From assembly GCF_009914755.1 (NCBI RefSeq), contig NC_060927.1: 64,000 bases of DNA; one strand, written 5' to 3'. Under the pieces are notes generated by a model that had not been told where the DNA came from, did no database searches, and saw only the letters and a program-made list of their open reading frames with translations. This document shows positions 14,099 to 28,237 of this stretch, one piece after another. The translations under genes were made by a program, and so were the position numbers. How positions within the stretch are numbered: position 1 is the stretch's first letter; each line of letters begins with the position of its first letter. The stretch is from the human T2T-CHM13v2.0 reference genome, Homo sapiens.

Positions 14099-16069
14099 AA
14101 TTTACCTTTTCTTTATGGCTATTCAAAAGAATCTTTAAAAGGAAAAATCTAAAGAAAAATGATAATATGGAGGACAGCTTTTTTAAAAAAATGTAACTCA
14201 CCCTCCCTTTAAATTCAAGTAAATGAAAATCATTGAAAACAAGAGACCAATAATTCTGAGTATTATTTTCCCTATATATTTTAACAAAGGTGGAGATGGA
14301 GTCATTGAAACTGGCACTTTCATAAATGCTGGGAGACGTTAGTCCACTCATTTGGATACTGATTTGGTACGACGTATTTAGAGCCATGAAATTGCTCAAC
14401 TTCATGAATACAGTAATTCCATTTTCTGTAATGTATCCAAGAAAATAACCTAAAGTAAACAGGGGGAGACTTTATGCAAAAAGACAGTCATCAGAGTGAT
14501 ATTCATGATGGTGAGAATTAGGAACAATTGCACAAACAACGGAAGTGATTAACTCAATGACAATATTTTCTTTAATGGACAACGTTAGGACCCTAAGCAA
14601 TTTTGATGGTGTTATGATAATATTATGGAATTGGAATAGTGGAATCCGAACCCAGATCCCAGTCACTGTTCTCCCAAGATAAACACAAATGGAGAGATGC
14701 AGACAGGGCCTGAAGCCCTGTTTTCATTCATGGAACCATAGTAAACCAGACAGAGTACCAGATGTGATCTAGAGACCTAAGAGGCCTCACCACAGCCCAC
14801 CCACCTTACCACCACCACCATGGGCTGGTCTGAATCTGAGGATCTAATGGTACCAGATGCCCCATGGGAGAAAGGGAGCAGAAAGGACTGTAGCAAAACT
14901 GGCATAAGATGGCCCGATTCCCTCCCAGAAGGAACAAGAGAGGAGGAAGCTTTAAGAGACAGTGAGAAACCCCTGGCACCTGTGGTGCAATTAGATCTTC
15001 TGCCTTTGGAGAAGTGAGGAGAGACCTAGGAGAGAGGGCAGATATCTTCAAATATTGTGTCACCATCTTAAATGATCATAAACCATGAACAAATAAATAT
15101 TAATGATACAATGGTAGTAAAAAACTTAATGGCTTTGTTCTCTTCCATTTAAATTACTTTCATGGTATATTTTACAAAAATAAAATTTAAAAGTAGCACA
15201 ATTTAAAATATTCAATTTTGTCTTTTGAATCTAATAACATAAAGGTACACAGTGTTGCTGTGGTTTTCCTGGGCCTCAACTTTGCACATGTGTACACAAA
15301 TGCACACACACAACACACACATCACCATATCCAACAATTGCTATATCGAATTACATTATCTGCTGCTGCTTATATAGATGCAATAACCCCAAGAGGTGTA
15401 TGCCATCTAACGATTTTTGGTTGTTAAAATCTCTAATATCCTTAGGAAATTGGGTCACTGGGCTCTATGGTTTCACCCTGGTTTTACAGTTTTACTTGAA
15501 ATTGACATACTTCCCTTTTATAAAAATTGCTTATATGATATGCCCACTTTAGGACACATTGCATTTTGTAAATTGCACAAGCTCTCTTTCATCCAGTTGC
15601 TTGTAGACAGACTCTATGTTTAAAAAGATCAAAAGTCATCAATGTGCTGACATGAAATATACCTCACTCAAGAGCACCCGATCCTTCATTTTCTGCCCAA
15701 AGTTGTTTGTTCCCCCTGGGGCTGTTATTTGCCAACCTATCACTTGCCTGCACACTCCCCAAAGAGGTAACAGCAGAAGCCAGCATCTGCCTATAAAGAG
15801 CAGTGGCATCCAAAGATTCCCCTTAATGACAATACCCCTGGAAACCTACTACCCCTACCCCTGGAAGACTGCACTGACCACTCTGTCTCCCATAAAAGTA
15901 TATGCAAACCCCACATGACTATTCCTTTTTGGATGTGATGACCTGTTTTGGGGTCTGCTTTTTGAAAGAGAACATTTTATCTCTAGCCCCTGGCTCACAG
16001 AAAAGGAAAGAACAAATTAATACTGTCTTAAACATTGTCACAATAATAATTGTTATAAGAATCATAATT

Positions 16070-16290
16070 ATTAGTCATTATTTAAAGTCATACAGACACA
16101 CTGTATAAATAAAGTTTATACACATGCCCTGTGAATTTTATGGATTCATTATTTCTATTTTATAAATGAGAAAACAAACACTCATAGAGGTTATGTGTCT
16201 TGCTCAAGGGGCAAAAGCCTAGTAAGTGTCCAGAATGGAACATAAACACAGGTCTGCAAACCCCAAGTCAAGGCTTTCCACTAGCCATGT
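16070..16290 (-). mobile_element. MIR
   Basis: attttataaatgagaaaac...agaggttatgtgtcttgctcaagg...ctagtaagtg. Confidence 0.6.
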
Positions 16291-17057
16291 GCCCTTAACA
16301 ATGTGGAAAGAACTCTGAACAGTAAAGAGCAGCTTGGTTCCCAAGGATGAAGAGTGTCATAAAGGAAGTTGTCTTGGGACCAAAAGACTCCTTGAATACA
16401 AGTTCTTGCTCATGTGGGCTCCCTATTGGGTCATTCTTGATTCCAGGCACAGGCATCATCATCAGACTGACACCCCATCTCTGATGCGATACACAACTCG
16501 CAAAGCAAATGGGCACTTTTCCCAGCTTGATTCCATGCCAACACTTCAACCTTCCCCAAGTTTACCCAACTGTATCCTTCCTGTTCCAAAAATTTGGAAA
16601 GTCTTTGAATAAAATAAATTTGGGAAGAATGTTCATCTTTATTGGCAAAGTGTTACTCAATAATCTTGCTAGCATGTTTTTTTTTTTTTTTTTTTTTTTT
16701 CAGAATAATCTTATGCTTTCCCATTTGAGGTCAAACATTGTTTTTATGTTATTAAAATCCAATCAGTGAAACCAGAAGGCAAATTAAAATTTGCTCAAGT
16801 TGATCAATTTCTACAAGCAGAACATCTGTTCAGTGACTCCCACCAATTCCTTGGCATATTCCCCACAATTTTTTTTCTGGGACTGGGCCTCATACCTGCA
16901 TTCTCTGCCCTCATGGTTAAACTGAATCTGCTAGGGTTTGGGGTGTGGAGGAGGTAAGGCAAACAATTCAGCCTCTTCAGCTAGACACGTTCAAGATGCA
17001 ACAGAGCATTTCAGCCTGAACCTGGAACCAAATGAGTCTGCTCATAATTATTGTCTT

Positions 17058-17170
17058 CTTTTATTTTAGGTTCAGGGGTACAACATGTGCAGGTTTCTTA
17101 TATAGGCAAATTGCATGTCACGGGGGTTTGGTGTACAGATTATTTCACCACTCAGGTAATAAAGATAGTA
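17058..17170 (-). mobile_element. Short L1 (older L1PA/L1PB) 3' end
   Basis: ttttaggttcaggggtacaacatgtgcaggttt...gtacagattatttcacc. Confidence 0.75.
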
Positions 17171-17314
17171 TCAATTTTTTAAATACATCAGCCATTTCAA
17201 AGAAAAAAATGCTTTTAAAAATCAATTTTAGAAACAAATTTCAAAATTTGTCTCCACTTTAGTGTCCTAAGTTATTTTAGGTTGAAGATTTCAAAATATG
17301 CTTGTTAATTGCAG

Positions 17315-17520
17315 GGAGTATGTAATAGAAAGAGCACAGATACTAGTGTCATACAGAAATGGATCTATATCCTGTGTGATTTTGACAAAGTAGCCTCTGA
17401 ATGTCAACCTTCTCATCAGCATAGTAGCATCTCTCTCTTGAACTTGATGTGAGAGTTAAATGTGCTCACCTATATAAAGCCTTAGCACAGTGCCTGGCCA
17501 CCACAAATGCATAGCAGAAG
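17315..17520 (+). mobile_element. MIR
   Basis: gaaagagcacaga...gttaaatg...taaagccttagcacagtgcctggc. Confidence 0.55.
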
Positions 17521-17874
17521 TCATTTTCCTGGCTACCGTTATCACTAAAGAGTAAAGCCTAAATGAGGAATTCATCTGCAGTGGTTAATGCCACCTAAAC
17601 TTACCCAGTAAGCACCAGAAAATAGCCAATATGATATTTATAACCCTACAAATATGAAGAGACAAATGGACATTAACAAGAAAATAAAAGAAATTTGATT
17701 CTAAAGATAAATGCAATGCACATCTTTGATTAAATCACATTTTCTACTTCTGGGGTTAATCTGTCTCATAATTATTGTATTTTTTTTTGCAGAGCTCTTG
17801 TTTCCAAATATAGTTAAGTTATCCATTTGTTATGAACACAATGAGAGTTTGCATTGATACAAGTATGTTTTCTG

Positions 17875-18160
17875 TTTCCTCCTCCTCCTTTTCCTCCTCT
17901 TCCTCCTCCTCCTTGTTGTTCTTCTTCATCTTCTTTTTGTGAGGCAGGGTCTCACTCCCTAGGCTCAGGTAATCCTCCCACCTCAGCCTCCCAATCAACT
18001 GGGACCACAGGTGTGCACTACCATGCCCAGATGATTTTTGTATTTAATGTAGAAGTGGGGTTTTGACATGTTGCTCAGGCTGGTCTCGAAGTCCTAGACT
18101 CAAGTGATCCCCAGCCTCCCAAAGTACTAGGATTACAGGCATAAGCCACTGCACCTGGCC
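17875..18160 (-). mobile_element. AluJ with internal deletion and adjacent (CCT/CTT)n tract
   Basis: gaggcagggtctcactc joined directly to ctaggctcaggtaatcctcccacctcagcc. Confidence 0.8.
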
Positions 18161-18224
18161 TCTTCATTTTTAAATTTTAAAATGTATCCTTATTAAATCG
18201 ACTTTAAAATACCATAAAACATTT

Positions 18225-19409
<1,185 letters not shown>

Positions 19410-20944
19410 GCCATTGACATTCTTCACAGAATTAGAAAAAAAAACTACTTTAAAATTCTTATGGAACCAAAAAAGAGCCTGTATAGACAAGGCAACCTAA
19501 GCAAAAAGAACAAAGCTGGAGGCATCCCGCTACCTGGCTTCAAGCTATACTACAAGGCTACAATAACCAAAACAGCATGGTACTGGTACAAAAACAGATA
19601 CATAGGCCAGTGGAACAGTATAGAGGTCTCAGAAATAAGACCACACATCTACAACCATCTAATCTTTGACAAATCTGACAAAACCAAGCAATGGGGAAAG
19701 GAGTCCCTATTTAATAAATGGTGCTTGGGAAGTGGGCTAGCCATATGCAGAAGATTGAAGATGGACCCCTTTCTTACACCTTATACAAAAATTAACTCAA
19801 CCATTCAGGACATAGGCACAGGCAAAGACTTCCTGACGAAAACATCAAAAGCAATTGCAACAAAAGCAAAAATTGACAAAGGGGATCTAATTAAACTAAA
19901 GAGCTTCTGCACAGCAAAAGAAACTATCAGAGTGAACAGACAGCCTACAGAATGGGAGAAAATTATTGCAATCTACCCATATGACAAAGATCTAATATCC
20001 AGAATCTACAAAGAACTTAAACAAATTTACAAAAAAAACAAGAAAACAAAAAACAAAAAAAAAACAACCCCAATAAAAAGTGGGCAAAGGACAAGAACAG
20101 ACACTTCTCAAAAGAAGATATTTATATGGCCAGCAAACATATGAAGAAAAGCTCAACATCACTGATCATTAGAGAACTGAAAATCAAAACCACAAAGAGT
20201 ACCATGTCACTCCAGTCAGAATGGTGATTATTAAAGAGTCAAGAAACAGCAGATGCTGATGAGGCTGTGGAGAAATAGGAATGCTTTTACACTGTTGGTG
20301 GGAATGTAAATTAAACCATTGTGGAAGATAGTGTGGCAATTTCTCAAAAACCTAGAACCAGAAATACCCTTTGACCCAGCAATCCCATTACTGGGTATAT
20401 ACCTAAAGGAATATAAATCATTTTATTATAAAGATAAATGCATGCATATGTTCATTGCAGCACTATTCCCAATAGCAAAGACATGGAATCAACCCAAATG
20501 CCCATCAATGAAAGACTGAATAAAGAAAATATGGTACACATACACCATAGAATACTATGCAGCCATAAAAAGGAATAAGATCATGTCCTTTGCAGGGACA
20601 TGGATGGAGCTGGAAGCCATTATCCTCATCAAACTAATGCAGGAACAGAAAACCAAACACTGCATGTTCTCAGTCATAAATGGGAGCTGAACAATGAGAA
20701 CACATGGACACAGGGAGGGAACAACACACACTAGGGCCTGTTGGGGCAGGGGCGTGGTGGGGTAGTGAGAGGGAGAGCATCAGGATAAAAATATAATGCA
20801 CGTGGGCTTAATACCTAGGTGATGGGTTGATAGGTGCAGCAAACCACCATGGCACACATTTACCTATCTAACAAACCTGCACATCCTGCACATATATCCT
20901 GGAACTTAAAATAAAATAAAAATTTTTAAAAAGAAAACAAAAAA
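19410..20944 (+). mobile_element. L1PA ORF2 3' part, 3' UTR and A tail (non-inverted part of the same element)
   Basis: [23 protein letters not shown]; WNQPKCPSM; 3' UTR ending ggaacttaaaataaaataaa. Confidence 0.95.
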
Positions 20945-21409
20945 TACTGATCTAAAAAGTGGACTTTAAAATACTTAGGAAAATTAACTAAGTCCATAAA
21001 TTGAATATTTATGTGGAATTCAGTCTATTTTACTCTAGTTGACCAAACATTAATTAAAGATCCTCCTGAAAAAAAATTATTTAAATTGATGCATAGTTTT
21101 ATTGCACCTATAGAACCATTTTCATTTATTATTTGTGTTCTATCAAAGCTTTAAAAAAAAACAGAAAAAAATATTTTATATTACAAAACCAAAATGCATT
21201 TATTTTGGAGAAAATTTGAGGGAAAATATTTTTAAGAGGTATAAAAGATAAAATAGAGACCATAAGCAATTCAACCATTAAATTATTACCAACATAAACA
21301 CTGGCATATTTCATGTCAAACTTTTAATTCATATTTTGATATCATATCCTCTTTAGTTTCCTAACATTTAAAAAATTTAGTCATTAAATGTTTATCAAAA
21401 CACAGGTTT

Positions 21410-21583
21410 TAAGAAAGTTTTATTAGAACATAGCTAAATTTATTCATATATATATGGTCTGCGGCTGCTTTCATGCTACAACTAAATAGCTGAGTTGAGT
21501 CACTGCAACAGAGACCAGATGGCCTGCAAAGCCTACAATATTTAGCATTTGGCCCTTTATAGAAAAAGTTTGCCAATCCTTAG
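21410..21583. mobile_element. MER58A-like hAT-Charlie
   Basis: gcaacagagaccagatggcctgcaaagcct...tggccctttatagaaaaagtttgccaatcc. Confidence 0.75.
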
Positions 21584-21599
21584 TCTAGATGTACAGGAA

Positions 21600-22110
21600 T
21601 GTGTTTAAGTTTCTCTTGTTATTGGATATTCAGAGTTTTTATTTTTAAAACTGTTATTGATAACTGCAATGAACATCTCTGAACATAAATATTTGTCTCT
21701 AACTCTGATTATTTTCTTAGGATGTACTTTGGAATTTAGCGGAAAACAGATCAAGACGTGTACAATTCTTGATGCATACTGCCAAATTGCATTCAGAAAG
21801 GTCGTGCCAACTTACACACTCACACCAGATGTTCATGAGCATATCCAGATCATCACATGCTTGCAAGAATTTAACATTATTATTTTTTGTTATGTCAGTT
21901 TGATAGATTAATAATATTTCATGCTAATCTGCATTTTCTGGATGGTTAAAGAGGCTTACATTTTATCTCATATATATAGGGCATTTTTAAAAATAATCTA
22001 TTTATGTACTTTGCCCATTTTCTTACATTATTTAAAAAGTTTTCTACCTTTGAAGAATATTTATGTCTGCTGTACCACATGTGACCAATATTTTCTCTAG
22101 TTTATCATTT
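21600..22110 (-). mobile_element. Old L1M (L1ME-like) fragment
   Basis: ctgcaatgaacatc...tactgccaaattgcattcagaaagg. Confidence 0.55.
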
Positions 22111-22400
22111 GCCCTTCACTCTCAATGCCTCTTTCTCCAGGAGCTTAATCATTCTTTGGTTGGATCATTTCTGGTTTACCATGTTTCCTTTATAGTTTTA
22201 GTGTCTTTATTATTTTACACTTCTCTATCTCTCTCTGATTCCTCCCAAGAGACTGTTTCAAGATAGTCCTCACTTCACTTTGATTTTTCTGAAGTTTCAA
22301 TTCAGTCTTTCATTGCTTCTAATACATGTTAGTTTAGTATTTATTTCCCGGTAGACTTTTCTTCTCAGTCAGCCCCTTTCTTCTACAGAATATTTTCTTT

Positions 22401-22861
22401 TCTTTTCTTTAACTTTTATTTTAAGTTCAGGGGTACAGTGCAGGTTTGTTATATAGTTAAACTTGTGTCCTGGGGTTTTGTTGTACAGATTATTTCCTCA
22501 CCTAGGTATTAAGCCTAGCACCCATTAGTTATTTTTTCTGATCCCCTCCATCCTCCCACCCTTCACCCCCTAAAAGGTCCCAGTGTGTGTTATTCCCCTT
22601 TGTGTGTCCATGTGTCCTCATCATTTAGCTCCAACTTACAAGTGAGAACATGCAGTATTTTTTTGGTTTTCTGTTCCTGTGTTAGTTTGCTAAGGACAAT
22701 GGCCTCCAGCTCCATCCATATCCCTGCAAAGGACATGATCTTGTTGTTTTATGGCTGCTTAGTATTCCATGGTGTATATGTACCCCAGATTTGGGGTACA
22801 TATATTTTCTTTATCCAGTCTACCATTGATGGGCATTTAGGTTGAATCTATGCCTTTGCTA
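22401..22861 (-). mobile_element. 5'-truncated L1PA (older subfamily) 3' end with TSD
   Basis: L1 3' UTR in antisense; TSD tacagaatattttcttt (22384-22400) / tacagcatgttttcttt (22862-22878). Confidence 0.9.
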
Positions 22862-23053
22862 TACAGCATGTTTTCTTTGTGTCTCACTGCATCATCTCTT
22901 TACCTCGAGATATTTTCTCCTTATAACACTGAGGCCAAGTCTTCCTTCAACCTACTGCATTCAGTATGTCTGAAAGGAGAACTCTGAGACATACATGCAT
23001 ATTTTCTGTAATTTTTAAAATGTTTTATTGTAATAGTCTTGGTCCTTTTATCC

Positions 23054-23557
23054 TGTGGTAGGCAGAATAACAACTCCCCAAAGATGCCCGGGTCCTAACC
23101 TCCAAAACTTGGAATATGTTACTTTATATGACAAAAGGAATTTTGTAGATGTGATTAAGTTAAAGATTTTGTGACCAGTAGATTATCTGGATTATCAGGG
23201 TGAGCCCAGTGTAATCACAGAGATTCTTAGAAGAGGGAGACAGGAGGGCCAGCGTCAGAGAAGGAGATGTGATGATGGAAGCCGGGGTCAGAGAGAGAGA
23301 GAGATTTGAAGATGCTATGCTCCTGGCCTTGAAGGTGAAGGAAGGAGCTGTGAGCCAAGGAATATAGGTGATGACCTCTAGAGCTGGAAAAGACAAGGAA
23401 ACAGACTCTCTCTTAGAGCCTCTAGAAAGAATGCAGCCCTGCCAGCACCTTGTTCTTAGGACTTCTGAACCCTAGAACTGTAAGATAATAAATTTGTGTT
23501 GTTATAAGCCACCAAATTTGGGGTAATTTATTGTAGCAACAACAGGAAACTAATCCA
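23054..23557 (+). mobile_element. MLT1D solo LTR
   Basis: tgtggtaggcagaataa...gaactgtaagataataaatttgtgttg...ggaaactaatcca. Confidence 0.85.
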
Positions 23558-23559
23558 GA

Positions 23560-24118
23560 GTTTACACAAAAGGGACTTTGCAGATGTGATGAAGGTTATG
23601 GAGTCTGGGATAGGGAGATACCCTAGATTGTCTAGGTGGACCAAATCTAATCACTTGAGCCCTTAAGAACAGAGAAATGTATCTGGCTAGAGTCAGGGAG
23701 ATGCAGCAGAAGAGGACAGATGAAAAATGAGGTAAAAGTGTAAGTCAAAGAGAGATAAAGTATGAGAAAGACTCAGCCTACCATTAATGGATGTGAAGAT
23801 GGAGAAAGGGGACCACAAGCCAGAGGATGAGGGTGGCCTCTAGAAGCTGGAAACAGGCATCTCAGTCCTCCAGCCACAGGGAGCTGAACGCAGCAACATC
23901 CTAAATGAGCCTAAAATTAAATAATCCCCTATAGAAAAAGCAAAGAAAGGAAGGAATAGAGCCCTTTTGACTCCGTGATTTTGGCCTTATAAAACCCAGA
24001 GCAGAGAAAACCAGCCAAGTCCGCTAGACCTACAAAACTGTGATATAATAAATGGTGTTGTTTAAGGCTTCTAAATTTGTGGTGATTTGTTACAACAGTA
24101 ATAGCAAATGAATAAACA
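23560..24118 (+). mobile_element. MLT1E-type LTR (5' part missing)
   Basis: aaagggactttgcagatgtgatgaagg...gtgatttgttacaacagtaatag. Confidence 0.75.
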
Positions 24119-24119
24119 T

Positions 24120-24620
24120 CTCAAGTTACAAAAATCAAACTCAAACTTAAAGGGTCTATTTTACTCCTATAATAAAGAGTCTGATAGAGGTCAGTTCTTG
24201 GGTTGATAATTCAGTGGCTTGATCCTCTGGTCAGAGAACCAAATTCTTCCACATTTCTGCTAAGCTATCCTTGAAATGATAGCTACGTCCCCTAGTGGTC
24301 ACAGATGGCTGCAGCCACTCCAGGAATCCTTCCAGACAAAGAAAGATTTTCTTCCTAAGGCATCTCTTTTAATAGGGGGGAAGAAAAAAAAAACTTTCCC
24401 AGAGTTTCCCTAGCAGGTATTTCATCTTGCTTCATTGGCTGGAACTAAGTTCTATGTAAACCACTAAGAATCACTAACAAGGAGGACAGAAACAGGACTT
24501 GGATCAATTAAATTTACCTAAGTCACATAGGATAGGGATGGGCAACAGAATGAAAGGCAGGACTCTGCTTCGTGGGAAAACGACAGAAATGACCATGAGT
24601 ACCAATCATCAGTGTTTGCC
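24120..24620 (-). mobile_element. Old MLT1 (K/L-like) LTR fragment
   Basis: gatggctgcagccactccagg...tcattggctggaact motifs. Confidence 0.45.
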
Positions 24621-25189
24621 TCAAGGTTTTAGTTATCCTAGAACAGTGAGTGATTGATGCAGAACTAAGGTTGCCCAGCTGAAATGGTGAGTGAATTAGT
24701 CTGGCTCCAGCTCAGTTTCCACAAAATTCAAAAACCAATGTAGAGGACATGGATGTGTGATCAGGAGTCTAAAATATCAAAGATGGAACACTGAATGTTA
24801 ACATTTAACTCCAAAGCAAGGACCTCCAAGCCATTAAAGAGTCTAGGCTCTGGAGAATGAGATTGGGAGGAAATTGAGTAAGGCATTCGAATCCAGAAGA
24901 CCGTAAACTGCCTGTGTCCCATACTAGGAAAGCAAAGTTTCTGAGAGATGCTGAGGAGCTGGCCATAGCTGAGCTACATGGTTAGGTATGTGCTGGGCTG
25001 GCTAGAGATGGGATGCTGTGTATGTGAGGTGCCTCTGCTCTGCATATGCTGCACTTACCTTGGTGTTGGGACATCCAGCTTACCACTGCTGCATACATGA
25101 TGCTCATGTCAACAAGCTGGCTGGTCAGGTCAGGATTTATCAGTATGGGAAGAAAATTTGTCCAGCTTTCAGGAAGTCTCTTTATGTTA

Positions 25190-25340
25190 GAGAGAGGGAG
25201 GAAGGATGGAGAGAGAATGGGTGGCAAGAGAAAAAAACAGGACAGATAAAGATGGGAAGGGAAAGGAGGAAAGTCAAGGGTAGGGGAGAGGAGAAGAGGA
25301 AAGGGAAGGGAAGAGAAGGGAGGGGAAAGGAGAATAGAAA
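25190..25340. repeat. GA-rich polypurine tract
   Basis: Direct reading. Confidence 0.85.
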
Positions 25341-26029
25341 GAATTGTTTTAAATAAATCTGATCACCTTATTCCTCCAATTAAAACCTTTTAACACCTGT
25401 TTGCCCTTTTCCCATGCTGCAGAGCCCTGATTTTGTTCTGTTGTCCACCTATATCTTAAATGACTCAGGCAATGCTAACTGAATTGATCCCATTCTCCTT
25501 GTCGTTGATGACTTTAGTGGTTTGCTTGTGGCCCAATTCTAGTCCATGAGACAGATCAGAAGGTCAGCCAAAGGTCTTAGCAGAATTTAGCGTGGCTTGC
25601 ATTTCCTGCATACTCTAGGCTCTGACAGATTTTGTGGCTTCATCTTACACCCATTAGTCCCTCCATCTCTCTGTTCTGGTACACTGAATTTTTTCCATTA
25701 CTTCAAAGTGTCCCAGTCTCTTGAGGCTGGAATTTTTCTGATTCTAGTCTTATTTTCCTCCTTCCTACACCTTTTTCTCTTTCTTTAAATATCACTTCTT
25801 CAAGAAGGTGTTTCTTACCCCATTGGCTAGATCAGGTTTCCATAAGTATTTCCATTAGTACTCTTTTCTTTATTCATTAAGTCATGCAAAAAAATATTAT
25901 GTTTTATGTTGTCAGTCAGATTACTAAATGTTGTCCACAGGACAATCAGCCATCAAAACAGCCACAGCCCTTGCACTCACCACATTGTTGATTTCTCAAT
26001 AAATGTCAGCTGGGACAGCTGTACCCAGA

Positions 26030-26145
26030 AATCTCTGTCAGGGATCCGTCTGTCTTGTATTGCACTAGTTCCCCAGCATTTATAATGGTATCTAACACAT
26101 AGTAGGTACTCAATAAAGAGTTGTTGAATGAGTGAATAAATAAGG
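26030..26145 (+). mobile_element. L2 3' end
   Basis: acatagtaggtactcaataaagagttgttgaatgagtgaat. Confidence 0.7.
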
Positions 26146-26221
26146 AAAGCAGGAAATTGAGGATCCTTAGGCAATGAAAATATCTCTAACTGTACCTGAT
26201 GAGTAAAACATTTCTGCTAGG

Positions 26222-26333
26222 GAGATCAACTGTTCAATTACAGTTTGGAACTGAAGGGTTTTGAAGGACTTAGGACTTTCAGTGCTAATATTGAGAATGT
26301 CCTGAGCAAACCGAGACAAGTTGGTCACCCTCT
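26222..26333. mobile_element. MER81-like hAT-Blackjack MITE
   Basis: ggactttcagtgctaa...gcaaaccgagacaagttggtcaccct. Confidence 0.65.
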
Positions 26334-27407
26334 ATTTATGGCCCTCCAAACCAAAAGAGTTCCCCTGTCCTCACTTTCCACTCTTTTCCACCTGTAACTA
26401 ATCTTCTGGGAAGATATTTCCATTCTGCCTCTAAATGAATGGAAATGTTTCAGGCTCTGCCATTGTTTCCTAAAATGGTAGATTCTCAAGGCTGAGAGGT
26501 TATGTATTTTACCATCAGAATTTTAAATTCTGGATTCCTCATTTCTGGATAGAGTCAAAGCGGCTGAAGCCTGTGTTCAGCCATTTGTACTCATCATCTT
26601 CAAAACTTCTCATCCGTAAAAAGGTCTCCCAAAATCAAAGCACTTTAGAGATGCCAAACAGGAAGGTTGAAAATAAGCCAGTGCATTCAACAAAGCATGA
26701 ACCATTGTGCTTCTTGGCTTCCTATTTCAGAGACACTTCCGAACAACTCTTCCACAGCCTCTAGCAAGCAATGTTTCTCTTCTACATAAAAACCTTGAAA
26801 GAGAAGAGAAAAAAGCAAAGGTCTATCTTATATATAGGCACATATTTGAACCTCAGTGGTGTTTTTGCTCCAAGAACTGAAATTCGTTCTTCACAGAGAT
26901 AATGAAATGCTCTGAAAATGACCCAAAAGACATTTTTTGGGTCAGTCCAGGTTTTGTTTGTTCCAAGGCATGGAGTAATGGTGTAAGGCTCTTAGCTCTG
27001 GCCAGAATTTCAATGTTCTGACTCCTTGCCCAGTATTCTCACTCTTCCACATTACCACAATACAGCATTCTTGTGTGTATATGTCAATAAATTGTTTTCA
27101 AGTTTGATTTTTTAATTTAAATATTTAAATTCAACATGTTTTCATGGTTCATGTTTCACCTAGAACCAGCATACTCAAAGGGCGGGTGTTTATATTTTTA
27201 TTGATGCTGACTGGTAGGACTCATATTAAGGGTTGTTGAATTTTGACACATAGAAGTAGGTGAGAAAACACACTCTTTGGCAAATTATAAAGGTAAATCC
27301 TCCTCTCAAGGCATTTTTGTGTGTTCTTCCAAGACACACTCCCCGCTCATCACTGGAGCCTCCCCCTTTCAGTATTACTGGCATGGGCAATGGCAGGTCT
27401 CAGCTTT

Positions 27408-27671
27408 GCCACCCAGGCTGGAGTGCCCTGATGTGATCTCGGCTCACTGCAACCTCTGCCTCCAAGGTTCAAGCCATTCTCCTGCCTCGGCCTCCTGAGT
27501 AGCTGGGATTACAGGCATGCACCATCACACCCAGCTAATTTTTGTATTTTTTGTAGAGATGGGGTTTCACGACATTGGCCCGGCTGGTCATGAACTCCTG
27601 ACCCCAAGTGATCCACCCATCTCGGCCTCCCAAAGTGCTGGGATTACAGGCATGAGCCACCGCACCCGGCC
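27408..27671 (-). mobile_element. AluS (Sx/Sz-like) lacking its poly(A) tail; part of composite insert
   Basis: Clear Alu body; no T tract at its 3' end. Confidence 0.9.
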
Positions 27672-27831
27672 AGGTGTCTGCATTTATTTATTTATTTATT
27701 TATTTGTTTATTTATTTATTTTGTGGAGGTACAATTTTTCATTCTGATTAGACCCTATTATTCTGAGGGCAAAAACTATGTTTTGTGCTCCCTTTGTATC
27801 ACCTAGGTCATCTGGTACTATGTTGGGCATG

Positions 27832-27894
27832 TATTTATTTATTTATTTTATACTCTAAGTTCTGGGATGCGCTTGCAGAACGTGCACGTTTGTT
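27832..27894 (-). mobile_element. Very short L1PA 3' terminus with (TAAA)n tail
   Basis: ttatactctaagttctgggat...gcagaacgtgcacgtttgtt. Confidence 0.8.
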
Positions 27895-28237
27895 AACAAA
27901 CATATGAAAAAAGTTGTAGGTCTCAGCTTTTGAAAATCAAGTATTCCATCCCTTTTGAAGTCATGTCAAGGGACCTAACATGACCTATCAGCTACTTCTC
28001 TCACAAGTGACCCACATCTGCTCTTCATGAAACAGTCAACACATCCACTACTCTTACAAATTATCTTCTCTTCACTTCACTGTCTGAGCCTCTATCTAGT
28101 CAAGTTTCTCACACAGTAGATCTCTGAAGCACGAGTCAGATACCAGTCCATTGTATGTCCCAAGCTCCAGGAGTCACAAATCAAGCTCTTTGAGTGTCCT
28201 ATTCAAGCCCCTTCTTCTACATGATGGAAGAGCCCAC

